A stretch of DNA of 50,143 bases from the sequence record OV696612, one strand, 5' to 3'. Shown here in pieces: positions 1 to 14,139 of the stretch; positions within the stretch are counted from its first letter, which is position 1, and the number at the start of each line of letters is the position of its first letter. Source of the stretch: Escherichia phage Perceval. Below the pieces are notes generated by a model. That model was not told the DNA's origin. It did not search any database and saw only the letters and a list, made by a program, of their open reading frames with translations. Made by a program: the position numbers and the translations under genes.

Positions 1-12
1 GGGCGGCGACCT
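1..12 (+). other. cos: left cohesive end (cos) of a lambda-type genome
   Basis: Window opens with GGGCGGCGACCTCGCGGGTTTTCGCTATTTATGAAAATTTTCCGG, the canonical lambda left terminus as recalled, and closes with ...CAACAGGTTACG, a lambda-type right terminus. Confidence 0.85.
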
Positions 13-52
13 CGCGGGTTTTCGCTATTTATGAAAATTTTCCGGTTTAAGG

Positions 53-168
53 CGTTTCCGTTCTTCTTCGCCGTAACCTAATGTTTTTATTTAAAACACC
101 CCCTGAAAAGAAAGGAAACGACAGGTGCTGAAAACGGGCTTTTTAGCCTCTGTCGTTTCCTTTCTCTG
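53..168 (+). promoter_or_regulatory. cosB-like terminase small-subunit binding repeats (R3 53-66, inverted R2 110-120, R1 154-166)
   Basis: Three copies of CGTTTCC(N)TTCT in direct/inverted orientation immediately upstream of nu1, arranged as in lambda cosB. Confidence 0.6.
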
Positions 169-189
169 TTTTTGTCCGTGGAATGAACA

Positions 190-709
190 ATGGAAGTCAA
201 CAAAAAGCAGCTGGCTGACATTTTCGGTGCGAGTATCCGTACCATTCAGAACTGGCAGGAGCAGGGAATGCCCGTTCTGCGAGGTGGTGGGAAGGGTAAT
301 GAGGTGCTTTATGACTCTGCCGCCGTCATAAAATGGTATGCCGAAAGGGATGCTGAAATTGAGAACGAAAAGCTGCGCCGGGAGGTTGAAGAACTGCGGC
401 AGGCCAGCGAGGCAGATCTCCAGCCAGGGACTATTGAGTACGAACGCCATCGACTTACGCGTGCGCAGGCCGACGCACAGGAACTGAAGAATGCCAGAGA
501 CTCCGCTGAAGTGGTGGAAACCGCATTCTGTACTTTCGTGTTGTCGCGGATCGCAGGTGAAATTGCCAGTATTCTCGACGGGCTCCCCCTGTCGGTGCAG
601 CGGCGTTTTCCGGAACTGGAAAACCGACATGTTGATTTCCTGAAACGGGATATCATCAAAGCCATGAACAAAGCAGCCGCGCTGGATGAACTGATACCGG
701 GGTTGCTGA

Positions 710-735
<26 letters not shown>
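190..735 (+). CDS. nu1: terminase small subunit Nu1
   Basis: ATG at 190; 181-aa product MEVNKKQLADIFGASIRTIQNWQEQGMPVLRGGGKGNEVLY... matches lambda Nu1 as recalled; N-terminal HTH. Confidence 0.95.
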
Positions 736-4416
<3,681 letters not shown>

Positions 4417-4436
<20 letters not shown>

Positions 4437-5748
4437 TCTCCCGCATATTGCCAGCATGGCCTTTAATGAGCCGCTGATGCTTGAACCCGCCTATGCGCGG
4501 GTTTTCTTTTGTGCGCTTGCAGGCCAGCTTGGGATCAGCCGCCTGACGGATGCGGTGTCCGGCGACAGCCTGACTGCCCAGGAGGCACTCGCGACGCTGG
4601 CATTATCCGGTGATGATGACGGACCACGACAGGCCCGGAGTTATCAGGTCATGAACGGCATCGCCGTGCTGCCGGTGTCCGGCACGCTGGTCAGCCGGAC
4701 GCGGGCGCTGCAGCCGTACTCGGGGATGACCGGTTACAACGGCATTATCGCCCGTCTGCAACAGGCTGCCAGCGACCCGATGGTGGACGGCATTCTGCTC
4801 GATATGGACACGCCAGGCGGAATGGTGGCGGGGGCATTTGACTGCGCTGACATCATCGCCCGTGTGCGTGACATAAAACCGGTATGGGCGCTGGCCAACG
4901 ACATGAACTGCAGTGCAGGTCAGCTGCTTGCCAGTGCCGCCTCCCGGCGTCTGGTCACGCAGACCGCCCGGACAGGCTCCATCGGCGTCATGATGGCTCA
5001 CAGTAATTACGGTGCTGTCCTGGAGAAACAGGGTGTGGAAATCACGCTGATTTACAGCGGCAGCCATAAGGTGGATGGCAATCCCTACAGCCATCTTCCG
5101 GATGACGTCCGGGAGACACTGCAGTCCCGGATGGACGCAACCCGCCAGATGTTTGCGCAGAAGGTGTCGGCATATACCGGCCTGTCTGTGCAGGCTGTGC
5201 TGGATACCGAGGCTGCAGTGTACAGCGGTCAGGAGGCCATTGATGCCGGACTGGCTGATGAACTTGTTAACAGCAGCGATGCGATCACCGTCATGCGTGA
5301 TGCACTGGATGCACGTAAATCCCGTCTCTCAGGAGGGCGAATGACCAAAGAGACTCAATCAACAACTGTTTCAGCCACTGCTTCGCAGGCTGACATCACC
5401 ACCGTGGAGCCTGCGAAGGAGGGCGAAAACGCCAGCGCGGCGCAGCCGGATGTGAACGCACAGATCACCGCAGCGGTTGCGGCAGAAAACAGCCGCATTA
5501 TGGGGATCCTCAACTGTGAGGAGGCTCACGGACGCGAAGAACAGGCGCGCGTTCTGGCAGAAACCCCCGGAATGACCGTGGAAACGGCCCGCCGCATTCT
5601 GGCCGCAGCACCACAGAGTGCACAGGCGCGCAGTGACACTGCGCTGGATCGTCTGATGCAGGGTGCACCGGCACCGCTGGCTGCAGGTAACCTGGCATCT
5701 GATACCAATAAAGAATTACTTAATACACCTGAAGCTTTACCGGTATAA
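4417..5748 (+). CDS. C: prohead protease / head maturation protein C (ClpP/S49-like)
   Basis: GTG at 4417 preceded by AGGAGG; product MTAELRNLPHIASMAFNEPLMLEPAYARVFF... matches lambda gpC; the ORF-track start at 4270 is an upstream in-frame alternative. Confidence 0.9.
5131..5748 (+). CDS. nu3: scaffolding protein Nu3 (in-frame internal start within C)
   Basis: In-frame ATG at 5131 preceded by GGAG; product MDATRQMFAQKVSAYTGLSVQAVLDTEAAVYSGQEAIDAGLADELVN...; lambda encodes Nu3 as the C-terminal in-frame part of C. Confidence 0.7.
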   Translation: MDATRQMFAQKVSAYTGLSVQAVLDTEAAVYSGQEAIDAGLADELVNSSDAITVMRDALDARKSRLSGGRMTKETQSTTVSATASQADITTVEPAKEGENASAAQPDVNAQITAAVAAENSRIMGILNCEEAHGREEQARVLAETPGMTVETARRILAAAPQSAQARSDTALDRLMQGAPAPLAAGNLASDTNKELLNTPEALPV

Positions 5749-5757
5749 GAGGCAGTT

Positions 5758-6090
5758 ATGGCGACAAAAGAAGAGTTTAACCATTACCAGCCGCTGGGTA
5801 ACAGTGATCCGGCTCATACAGCAATTGCGCCTGGCGGATTGAGTGCGAAAACGCCTGCAATGACCCCACTGATGCTGGATGGCACTACCCGTAAGCTGGT
5901 TGTGTGGGATGGCACCACCGACGGTGCAGCCGTTGGCATTCTTGCGGTTGCTGCTGACCAGACCAGCACCACACTGACGTTCTACAAGTCCGGCTCGTTC
6001 CGTTATGAGGATGTGCTCTGGCCGGAGGCTGCCAGCGACGAGACGAAAAAACGGACCGCGTTTGCCGGAACGGCAATCAGCATCGTTTAA
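5758..6090 (+). CDS. D: head decoration protein D
   Basis: 110 aa, ...[33 protein letters not shown]...TAISIV, matches lambda gpD. Confidence 0.95.
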   Translation: MATKEEFNHYQPLGNSDPAHTAIAPGGLSAKTPAMTPLMLDGTTRKLVVWDGTTDGAAVGILAVAADQTSTTLTFYKSGSFRYEDVLWPEAASDETKKRTAFAGTAISIV

Positions 6091-6107
6091 TCTTCCCCTT
6101 CATCAAC

Positions 6108-6133
6108 AAAGGCCGCCTGTGCGGCTTTTTTTA
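6108..6133 (+). terminator. stem-loop plus T-run between D and E (possible attenuator)
   Basis: GGCCGC-CTGT-GCGGC followed by TTTTTTT directly after the D stop. Confidence 0.35.
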
Positions 6134-6145
6134 TGGAAATAATTT

Positions 6146-7171
6146 ATGTCTGTATATACAACTGCAGAATTACTGGCATCGACCCAGCATCACTTTAAGT
6201 TCGATCCGCTGTTTCTGCGCCTGTTTTTCCGTGAAACCTATCCTTTCACCACGGAAAAAGTCTATCTCTCACAAATTCCGGGACTGGTAAACATGGCGCT
6301 GTACGTTTCGCCGATTGTTTCCGGTGAGGTTATCCGATCCCGTGGCGGCTCCACCTCTGAATTTACGCCGGGTTATGTCAAACCCAAGCATGAGGTGAAT
6401 CCGCAGATGACCCTGCGTCGCCTGCCGGATGAAGATCCGCAGAACCTGGCTGACCCGGCTTACCGTCGTCGCCGTATTATTCGGCAGAATATGCTGGATG
6501 AAAATCTGGCGATTGCCCAGGTCGAAGAGATGCAGGCAGTTTCTGCCGTGCTTAAGGGCAAATATACCATGACCGGTGAAGCCTTCGATCCGGTTGAGGT
6601 GGATATGGGCCGCAGTGAGGCGAATAACATCACGCAGTCCGGCGGCACGGAGTGGAGCAAGCGTGACAAGTCCACGTATGACCCGACCGACGATATCGAA
6701 GCCTACGCGCTGAACGCCAGCGGTGTGGTGAATATCATCGTGTTTGATCCGAAAGGCTGGGCGCTGTTCCGTTCCTTCAAAGCCGTCAAGGAGAAGCTGG
6801 ATACCCGTCGCGGCTCTCATTCCGAGCTGGAGACAGCGGTAAAAGACCTGGGCAAAGCGGTGTCTTATAAGGGAATGTATGGCGATGTGGCCATCGTCGT
6901 GTATTCCGGACAGTACGTGGAAAACGGCGTCAAAAAGAACTTCCTGCCGGACAACACGATGGTGCTGGGGAACACTCAGGCACGCGGTCTGCGCACCTAT
7001 GGTTGCATTCAGGATGCGGACGCACAGCGCGAAGGCATTAACGCCTCTGCCCGTTACCCGAAAAACTGGGTGACCACCGGCGACCCGGCGCGTGAGTTCA
7101 CCATGATTCAGTCAGCACCGCTGATGCTGCTGGCTGACCCTGATGAGTTCGTGTCTGTACAACTGGCGTAA
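6146..7171 (+). CDS. E: major capsid protein E
   Basis: 341 aa, MSVYTTAELLASTQHHFKFDPLFLRLFFRETYPF..., matches lambda gpE. Confidence 0.96.
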   Translation: MSVYTTAELLASTQHHFKFDPLFLRLFFRETYPFTTEKVYLSQIPGLVNMALYVSPIVSGEVIRSRGGSTSEFTPGYVKPKHEVNPQMTLRRLPDEDPQNLADPAYRRRRIIRQNMLDENLAIAQVEEMQAVSAVLKGKYTMTGEAFDPVEVDMGRSEANNITQSGGTEWSKRDKSTYDPTDDIEAYALNASGVVNIIVFDPKGWALFRSFKAVKEKLDTRRGSHSELETAVKDLGKAVSYKGMYGDVAIVVYSGQYVENGVKKNFLPDNTMVLGNTQARGLRTYGCIQDADAQREGINASARYPKNWVTTGDPAREFTMIQSAPLMLLADPDEFVSVQLA

Positions 7172-7212
7172 TCATGGCCCTTCGGGGCCATTGTTTCTCT
7201 GTGGAGGAGTCC

Positions 7213-7608
7213 ATGACGAAAGATGAACTGATTGCCCGTCTCCGCTCGCTGGGTGAACAACTGAACCGTGATATCAGCCTGACGGGGACGAAAGAAGAAC
7301 TGGCGCTCCGTGTGGCAGAACTGGAAGAAGAGCTTGATGACACGGGCGACACTGCCGGTCAGGATATCCCTCTCAGCCCGGAAAATGTGCTGACCGGACA
7401 TGAAAATGAGGTTGTATCAGCGCAGCCGGATACCGTGACTGATACGGCTGATCTGGTCACGGTTGTGGCACTGGTGACGCTGCATACTGATGCACTTCAC
7501 GCCACGCGGGATGAGGCTGTGGCATTTGTGCTGCCGGGAACGGCGTTCCGTGTCTCTGCCGGTGTGGCAGCTGAAATGACAGAGCGCGGCCTGGCCAGAA
7601 TACAATAA
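7213..7608 (+). CDS. FI: DNA packaging protein FI
   Basis: ATG at 7213 after GGAGGAG; MTKDELIARLRSLGEQLNRDISLTGTKEELALRVAELEEEL... matches lambda FI; the ORF-track start at 7174 is upstream. Confidence 0.9.
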   Translation: MTKDELIARLRSLGEQLNRDISLTGTKEELALRVAELEEELDDTGDTAGQDIPLSPENVLTGHENEVVSAQPDTVTDTADLVTVVALVTLHTDALHATRDEAVAFVLPGTAFRVSAGVAAEMTERGLARIQ

Positions 7609-7619
7609 CGGGAGGCGCT

Positions 7620-7973
7620 GTGGCTGATTTCGATAACCTGTTCGATGCTGCCATTGCCTGCGCCGATGAAACGATACGCGGGTACATGGGAACGTCAGCC
7701 ACCATGACATCCGGTGAGCAGTCCGGTGCTGTGATACGTGGTGTTTTTGATGACCCTGAAAATATCAGCTATGCCGGACAGGGCGTGCGCGTTGAAGGCT
7801 CCAGCCCGTCCCTGTTTGTCCGGACTGATGATGTGCGGCAGCTGCGGCGCGGCGACACGCTGACCATCGGTGAGGAAAACTTCTGGATAGACCGGATTTC
7901 GCCGGATGATGGCGGAAGCTGTCATCTCTGGCTTGGGCGGGGCGTACCGCCTGCCGTTAACCGTCGCCGCTGA
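7620..7973 (+). CDS. FII: head-tail connector / head completion protein FII
   Basis: 117 aa, MADFDNLFDAAIACADETIRGYMGTSATMTSGEQ..., matches lambda FII; GTG start after GGGAGG. Confidence 0.93.
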   Translation: MADFDNLFDAAIACADETIRGYMGTSATMTSGEQSGAVIRGVFDDPENISYAGQGVRVEGSSPSLFVRTDDVRQLRRGDTLTIGEENFWIDRISPDDGGSCHLWLGRGVPPAVNRRR

Positions 7974-7984
7974 AAGGGGGATGT

Positions 7985-8563
7985 ATGGCCATAAAAGGTC
8001 TTGAGCAGGCCGTTGAAAACCTCAGCCGTATCAGCAGAACGGCGGTGCCCGGTGCCGCCGCAATGGCCATTAACCGCGTTGCTTCATCCGCGATATCGCA
8101 GTCGGTGGCACAGGTTGCCCGTGAGACAAAGGTACGCCGGAAACTGGTAAAGGAAAGGGCCAGGCTGAAAAGGGCCACAGTCAAAAATCCGCAGGCCAGA
8201 ATCAAAGTTAACCGGGGGGATTTGCCCGTAATCAGGCTGGGTAACGCGCGGGTTGTCCTGTCCCGACGCAGGCGTCGTAAAAAGGGGCAGCGTTCATCCC
8301 TGAAAGGTGGCGGCAGCGTGCTTGTGGTGGGAAACCGTCGTATTCCCGGCGCGTTTATTCAGCAACTGAAAAATGGCCGCTGGCATGTCATGCAGCGTGT
8401 GGCCGGGAAAAACCGTTACCCCATTGATGTGGTGAAAATTCCGATGGCGGTGCCGCTGACCACGGCGTTTAAACAGAATATTGAGCGGATACGGCGTGAG
8501 CGTCTTCCGAAAGAGCTGGGCTATGCGCTGCAGCATCAACTGAGGATGGTAATAAAGCGATGA
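7985..8563 (+). CDS. Z: tail completion protein Z
   Basis: 192 aa, MAIKGLEQAVENLSRISRTAVPGAAAMAINRVASS..., matches lambda gpZ. Confidence 0.93.
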   Translation: MAIKGLEQAVENLSRISRTAVPGAAAMAINRVASSAISQSVAQVARETKVRRKLVKERARLKRATVKNPQARIKVNRGDLPVIRLGNARVVLSRRRRRKKGQRSSLKGGGSVLVVGNRRIPGAFIQQLKNGRWHVMQRVAGKNRYPIDVVKIPMAVPLTTAFKQNIERIRRERLPKELGYALQHQLRMVIKR

Positions 8564-8955
8564 AACATACTGAACTCCGTGCAGCCGTACTGGATGCACT
8601 GGAAAAATATGACACCGGGGCGACGCTTTTTGATGGTCGCCCCGCTGTTTTTGATGAGGCGGATTTTCCGGCAATTGCCGTTTATCTCACCGGCGCTGAA
8701 TACACGGGCGAAGAGCTGGACAGCGATACCTGGCAGGCGGAGCTGCATATTGAAGTTTTCCTGCCTGCTCAGGTGCCGGATTCAGCGCTGGATTCGTGGA
8801 TGGAGTCCCGGATTTATCCGGTGATGAGCGATATCCCGGCACTGTCAGATTTGATCACCAGTATGGTGGCCAGTGGCTATGACTACCGACGCGACGATGA
8901 TGCGGGCCTGTGGAGTTCAGCCGATCTGACTTATGTCATTACCTATGAAATGTGA
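8560..8955 (+). CDS. U: tail terminator protein U
   Basis: 131 aa, [43 protein letters not shown]..., matches lambda gpU. Confidence 0.93.
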   Translation: MKHTELRAAVLDALEKYDTGATLFDGRPAVFDEADFPAIAVYLTGAEYTGEELDSDTWQAELHIEVFLPAQVPDSALDSWMESRIYPVMSDIPALSDLITSMVASGYDYRRDDDAGLWSSADLTYVITYEM

Positions 8956-8962
8956 GGACGAT

Positions 8963-9703
8963 ATGCCTGTACCAAATCCTACAATGCCGGTGAAAGGTGC
9001 CGGGACCACACTGTGGGTTTATAAGGGGAACGGTGACCCTTATGCGAACCCGCTTTCAGACGTGGACTGGTCGCGTCTGGCAAAAGTTAAAGACCTGACG
9101 CCCGGCGAACTGACCGCTGAGTCCTATGACGACAGCTATCTCGATGATGAAGATGCGGACTGGACTGCGACCGGGCAGGGGCAGAAATCAGCCGGAGATA
9201 CCAGCTTCACGCTGGCGTGGATGCCCGGAGAACAGGGGCAGCAGGCGCTGCTGGCGTGGTTTAATGAAGGTGATACCCGTGCCTATAAAATCCGCTTCCC
9301 GAACGGCACGGTCGATGTGTTCCGTGGCTGGGTCAGCAGTATCGGTAAAGCGGTGACGGCGAAGGAAGTGATCACCCGCACGGTGAAGGTCACCAATGTG
9401 GGACGCCCGTCGATGGCAGAAGATCGCAGCACGGTCACAGCGGCAACCGGCATGACCGTGACGCCTGCCAGCACCTCGGTGGTGAAAGGGCAGAGCACGA
9501 CGCTGACCGTGGCATTCCAGCCGGAAGGCGCAACCGACAAGAGCTTCCGTGCGGTGTCTGCGGATAAAACAAAAGCCACCGTGTCGGTCAGTGGTATGAC
9601 CATCACCGTGAACGGCGTTGCTGCAGGCAGGGTCAACATTCCGGTTGTATCCGGTAATGGTGAGTTTGCTGCGGTTGCAGAAATCACCGTCACCGCCAGT
9701 TAA
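8963..9703 (+). CDS. V: major tail tube protein V (with C-terminal Ig-like domain)
   Basis: ATG at 8963; [22 protein letters not shown]... matches lambda gpV; the ORF-track start at 8933 lies inside U. Confidence 0.93.
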   Translation: MPVPNPTMPVKGAGTTLWVYKGNGDPYANPLSDVDWSRLAKVKDLTPGELTAESYDDSYLDDEDADWTATGQGQKSAGDTSFTLAWMPGEQGQQALLAWFNEGDTRAYKIRFPNGTVDVFRGWVSSIGKAVTAKEVITRTVKVTNVGRPSMAEDRSTVTAATGMTVTPASTSVVKGQSTTLTVAFQPEGATDKSFRAVSADKTKATVSVSGMTITVNGVAAGRVNIPVVSGNGEFAAVAEITVTAS

Positions 9704-9718
9704 TCCGGAGAGTCAGCG

Positions 9719-10141
9719 ATGTTCCTGAAAACCGAATCATTTGAACATAACGGCGTGACCGTCACGCTTTCTGAACTGTCAGCCCTGCAGCGTATTGAGC
9801 ATCTTGCCCTGATGAAACGGCAGGCAGAACAGGCGGAGTCAGACAGCAACCGGCAGGTTACTGTGGAAGACGTCATCAGAACCGGTGCTTTTGTGGTGGC
9901 GATGTCCCTGTGGCATAACCATCCGAAGAAGACGCAGATGCCGTCCATGAATGAGGCCGTTAAACAGATTGAGCAGGAAGTGCTTACCACCTGGCCCACA
10001 GAGGCAATTTCTCATGCTGAAAACGTGGTGTACCGGCTGTCCGGTATGTCTGAGTTTGTGGTGAATAATGCCCCTGAACAGGCAGAGGACGCCGGGCCTG
10101 CAGAGCCTGTTTCTGCGGGAAAGTGTTCGACGGTGAGCTGA
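9719..10141 (+). CDS. G: tail assembly chaperone G
   Basis: 140 aa, MFLKTESFEHNGVTVTLSELSALQRIEHLALMKRQAEQAESDSNRQVT..., matches lambda gpG. Confidence 0.93.
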   Translation: MFLKTESFEHNGVTVTLSELSALQRIEHLALMKRQAEQAESDSNRQVTVEDVIRTGAFVVAMSLWHNHPKKTQMPSMNEAVKQIEQEVLTTWPTEAISHAENVVYRLSGMSEFVVNNAPEQAEDAGPAEPVSAGKCSTVS

Positions 10142-10557
10142 GTTTTGCCCTGAAACTGGCGCGTGAGATGGGGCGACCCGACTGGCGCGCCATGCTTGCC
10201 GGGATGTCATCCACGGAGTATGCCGACTGGCACCGCTTTTACAGTACCCACTATTTTCATGATGTTCTGCTGGATATGCACTTTTCCGGGCTGACGTACA
10301 CCGTACTCAGCCTGTTTTTCAGCGATCCGGATATGCATCCGCTGGATTTCAGTCTGCTGAACCGGCGTGAGGCTGACGAAGAGCCTGAAGATGATGTGCT
10401 GATGCAGAAAGCGGCAGGGCTTGCCGGAGGCGTCCGCTTTGACCCGGACGGGAATGAAGTTATCCCCGCTTCCCCGGATGTGACGGGCATGACGGAGGAT
10501 GACGTAATGCTGATGACAGTATCAGAAGGGATCGCAGGAGGAGTCCGGTATGGCTGA
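9719..10557 (+). CDS. T: tail assembly chaperone G-T fusion produced by -1 programmed ribosomal frameshift
   Basis: Slippery heptamer G_GGA_AAG at 10117-10123 near the end of G; the -1 frame stays open to 10557 (..MFDGELSFALKLAREMGRPDWRAMLAGMSSTEYADWHRFY...), as in lambda G-T. Confidence 0.85.
10117..10123 (+). promoter_or_regulatory. -1 frameshift slippery site GGGAAAG (G to G-T)
   Basis: Heptamer GGGAAAG in the G frame as G GGA AAG, 6 codons before the G stop; downstream ORF is in the -1 frame. Confidence 0.85.
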
Positions 10558-13111
10558 ACCGGTAGGCGATCTGGTCGTTGATTTAAGTCTGGATGCGGCC
10601 AGATTTGACGAGCAGATGGCCAGAGTCAGGCGTCATTTTTCCGGTACGGAAACTGATGCGAAAAAAACAGCGGCAGTCGTTGAACAGTCGATGAACCGGC
10701 AGGCGCTGGCTGCACAGAAAGCGGGGATTTCCGTCGGGCAGTATAAAGCTGCCATGCGTATGCTGCCTGCGCAGTTCACCGACGTGGCCACGCAGCTTGC
10801 AGGCGGGCAAAGTCCGTGGCTGATCCTGCTGCAACAGGGTGGTCAGGTTAAGGACTCCTTCGGCGGGATGATCCCCATGTTCCGGGGGCTTGCCGGTGCG
10901 ATCACCCTGCCGATGGTCGGGGCCACCTCGCTGGCGGTGGCGACCGGTGCGCTGGCGTATGCCTGGTATCAGGGTAACTCAACCCTGTCCGATTTCAACA
11001 AAACGCTGGTCCTTTCCGGTAATCAGTCGGGTCTGACGGCAGATCGTATGCTGGTCCTGTCCAGAGCCGGGCAGGCGGCAGGGCTGACGTTTAACCAGAC
11101 CAGCGAGTCACTCAGTGCACTGGTTAAGGCGGGGGTAAGCGGTGAGGCTCAGATTGCGTCCATCAGCCAGAGTGTGGCGCGTTTCTCCTCTGCATCCGGC
11201 GTGGAGGTGGACAAGGTCGCTGAAGCCTTCGGGAAGCTGACCACTGACCCGACGTCGGGGCTGACGGCGATGGCGCGCCAGTTCCATAACGTGACGGCGG
11301 AGCAAATTGCGTATGTTGCTCAGTTGCAGCGTTCCGGCGATGAGGCCGGGGCATTGCAGGCAGCGAACGAGGCCGCAACGAAAGGGTTTGATGACCAGAC
11401 CCGCCGCCTGAAAGAGAACATGGGCACGCTGGAGACCTGGGCAGACAGGACTGCGCGGGCATTCAAATCCATGTGGGATGCGGTGCTGGATATTGGTCGT
11501 CCTGATACCGCGCAGGAGATGCTGATTAAGGCAGAGGCTGCGTTTAAGAAAGCAGACGACATCTGGAATCTGCGCAAGGATGATTATTTTGTTAACGATG
11601 AAGCGCGGGCGCGTTACTGGGATGATCGTGAAAAGGCCCGTCTTGCGCTTGAAGCCGCCCGAAAGAAGGCTGAACAGCAGAGTCAACAGGACAAAAATGC
11701 GCAGCAGCAGAGCGATACCGAAGCGTCACGGCTGAAATATACCGAAGAGGCGCAGAAGGCTTACGAACGGCTGCAGACGCCGCTGGAGAAATATGCCGCC
11801 CGTCAGGAAGAACTGAATAAGGCCCTGAAAGACGGAAAAATCCTGCAGGCAGATTACAACACGCTGATGGCGGCAGCGAAAAAGGACTATGAAACGACAC
11901 TGAAAAAGCCGAAGCAGTCCGGCGTGAAGGTGTCTGCGGGCGATCGTCAGGAAGACAGTGCTCATGCTGCCCTGCTGACGCTTCAGGCTGAACTCCGGAC
12001 GCTGGAGAAGCATGCCGGAGCAAATGAGAAAATCAGCCAGCAGCGCCGGGATTTGTGGAAGGCGGAGAGTCAGTTCGCGGTACTGGAGGAGGCGGCGCAA
12101 CGTCGCCAGCTGTCTGCACAGGAGAAATCCCTGCTGGCGCATAAAGATGAGACGCTGGAGTACAAACGCCAGCTGGCTGCACTTGGCGACAAGGTTACGT
12201 ATCAGGAGCGCCTGAACGCGCTGGCGCAGCAGGCGGATAAATTCGCACAGCAGCAACGGGCAAAACGGGCCGCCATTGATGCGAAAAGCCGGGGGCTGAC
12301 TGACCGGCAGGCAGAACGGGAAGCCACGGAACAGCGCCTGAAGGAACAGTATGGCGATAATCCGCTGGCGCTGAATAACGTCATGTCAGAGCAGAAAAAG
12401 ACCTGGGCGGCTGAAGACCAGCTTCGCGGGAACTGGATGGCAGGCCTGAAGTCCGGCTGGAGTGAGTGGGAAGAGAGCGCCACGGACAGTATGTCGCAGG
12501 TAAAAAGTGCAGCCACGCAGACCTTTGATGGTATTGCACAGAATATGGCGGCGATGCTGACCGGCAGTGAGCAGAACTGGCGCAGCTTCACCCGTTCCGT
12601 GCTGTCCATGATGACAGAAATTCTGCTTAAGCAGGCAATGGTGGGGATTGTCGGGAGTATCGGCAGCGCCATTGGCGGGGCTGTTGGTGGCGGCGCATCC
12701 GCGTCAGGCGGTACAGCCATTCAGGCCGCTGCGGCGAAATTCCATTTTGCAACCGGAGGATTTACGGGAACCGGCGGCAAATATGAGCCAGCGGGGATTG
12801 TTCACCGTGGTGAGTTTGTCTTCACGAAGGAGGCAACCAGCCGGATTGGCGTGGGGAATCTTTACCGGCTGATGCGCGGCTATGCCACCGGCGGTTATGT
12901 CGGTACACCGGGCAGCATGGCAGACAGCCGGTCGCAGGCGTCCGGGACGTTTGAGCAGAATAACCATGTGGTGATTAACAACGACGGCACGAACGGGCAG
13001 ATAGGTCCGGCTGCTCTGAAGGCGGTGTATGACATGGCCCGCAAGGGTGCCCGTGATGAAATTCAGACACAGATGCGTGATGGTGGCCTGTTCTCCGGAG
13101 GTGGACGATGA
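10550..13111 (+). CDS. H: tail tape measure protein H
   Basis: 853 aa; coiled-coil-rich centre and glycine-rich C-terminal region typical of lambda gpH; start overlaps the end of the T frame. Confidence 0.95.
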   Translation: MAEPVGDLVVDLSLDAARFDEQMARVRRHFSGTETDAKKTAAVVEQSMNRQALAAQKAGISVGQYKAAMRMLPAQFTDVATQLAGGQSPWLILLQQGGQVKDSFGGMIPMFRGLAGAITLPMVGATSLAVATGALAYAWYQGNSTLSDFNKTLVLSGNQSGLTADRMLVLSRAGQAAGLTFNQTSESLSALVKAGVSGEAQIASISQSVARFSSASGVEVDKVAEAFGKLTTDPTSGLTAMARQFHNVTAEQIAYVAQLQRSGDEAGALQAANEAATKGFDDQTRRLKENMGTLETWADRTARAFKSMWDAVLDIGRPDTAQEMLIKAEAAFKKADDIWNLRKDDYFVNDEARARYWDDREKARLALEAARKKAEQQSQQDKNAQQQSDTEASRLKYTEEAQKAYERLQTPLEKYAARQEELNKALKDGKILQADYNTLMAAAKKDYETTLKKPKQSGVKVSAGDRQEDSAHAALLTLQAELRTLEKHAGANEKISQQRRDLWKAESQFAVLEEAAQRRQLSAQEKSLLAHKDETLEYKRQLAALGDKVTYQERLNALAQQADKFAQQQRAKRAAIDAKSRGLTDRQAEREATEQRLKEQYGDNPLALNNVMSEQKKTWAAEDQLRGNWMAGLKSGWSEWEESATDSMSQVKSAATQTFDGIAQNMAAMLTGSEQNWRSFTRSVLSMMTEILLKQAMVGIVGSIGSAIGGAVGGGASASGGTAIQAAAAKFHFATGGFTGTGGKYEPAGIVHRGEFVFTKEATSRIGVGNLYRLMRGYATGGYVGTPGSMADSRSQASGTFEQNNHVVINNDGTNGQIGPAALKAVYDMARKGARDEIQTQMRDGGLFSGGGR

Positions 13112-13437
13112 AGACCTTCCGCTGGAAAGTGAAACCCGGTATGGATGTGGCTTCGGTCCCTTCTGTAAGAAAGGTGCGCTTTGGTGATGGCTATTCTCAG
13201 CGAGCGCCTGCCGGGCTGAATGCCAACCTGAAAACGTACAGCGTGACGCTTTCTGTCCCCCGTGAGGAGGCCACGGTACTGGAGTCGTTTCTGGAAGAGC
13301 ACGGGGGCTGGAAATCCTTTCTGTGGACGCCGCCTTATGAGTGGCGGCAGATAAAGGTGACCTGCGCAAAATGGTCGTCGCGGGTCAGTATGCTGCGTGT
13401 TGAGTTCAGCGCAGAGTTTGAACAGGTGGTGAACTGA
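13108..13437 (+). CDS. M: tail tip protein M
   Basis: 109 aa, MKTFRWKVKPGMDVASVPSVRKVRFGDGYSQRAPAGLNANL..., matches lambda gpM. Confidence 0.93.
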   Translation: MKTFRWKVKPGMDVASVPSVRKVRFGDGYSQRAPAGLNANLKTYSVTLSVPREEATVLESFLEEHGGWKSFLWTPPYEWRQIKVTCAKWSSRVSMLRVEFSAEFEQVVN

Positions 13438-14135
13438 TGCAGGATATCCGGCAGGAAACACTGAATGAATGCACCCGTGCGGAGCAGTCGGCCAGCGTGG
13501 TGCTCTGGGAAATCGACCTGACAGAGGTCGGTGGAGAACGTTATTTTTTCTGTAATGAGCAGAACGAAAAAGGTGAGCCGGTCACCTGGCAGGGGCGACA
13601 GTATCAGCCGTATCCCATTCAGGGGAGCGGTTTTGAACTGAATGGCAAAGGCACCAGTACGCGCCCCACGCTGACGGTTTCTAACCTGTACGGTATGGTC
13701 ACCGGGATGGCGGAAGATCTGCAGAGTCTGGTCGGCGGAACGGTGGTCCGGCGTAAGGTTTACGCCCGTTTTCTGGATGCGGTGAACTTCGTCAACGGAA
13801 ACAGTTATGCCGATCCGGAGCAGGAGGTGATCAGCCGCTGGCGCATTGAGCAGTGCAGCGAACTGAGCGCGGTGAGTGCCTCCTTTGTACTGTCCACGCC
13901 GACGGAAACGGATGGCGCTGTTTTTCCGGGACGTATCATGCTGGCCAACACCTGCACCTGGACCTATCGCGGTGACGAGTGCGGTTATAGCGGTCCGGCT
14001 GTCGCGGATGAATATGACCAGCCAACGTCCGATATCACGAAGGATAAATGCAGCAAATGCCTGAGCGGTTGTAAGTTCCGCAATAACGTCGGCAACTTTG
14101 GCGGCTTCCTTTCCATTAACAAACTTTCGCAGTAA
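13437..14135 (+). CDS. L: tail tip protein L
   Basis: 232 aa, MQDIRQETLNECTRAEQSASVVLWEIDLTEVGGERYFFCNEQ..., matches lambda gpL (Cys cluster near C-terminus). Confidence 0.93.
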   Translation: MQDIRQETLNECTRAEQSASVVLWEIDLTEVGGERYFFCNEQNEKGEPVTWQGRQYQPYPIQGSGFELNGKGTSTRPTLTVSNLYGMVTGMAEDLQSLVGGTVVRRKVYARFLDAVNFVNGNSYADPEQEVISRWRIEQCSELSAVSASFVLSTPTETDGAVFPGRIMLANTCTWTYRGDECGYSGPAVADEYDQPTSDITKDKCSKCLSGCKFRNNVGNFGGFLSINKLSQ

Positions 14136-14139
14136 TCCC

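Noticed and set aside
11108-12720. Several 140-190-aa ORFs on the minus strand and in alternative plus frames inside the tape-measure gene H
   Set aside because: All overlap H, which is strongly supported; repetitive GC-rich composition generates spurious open frames
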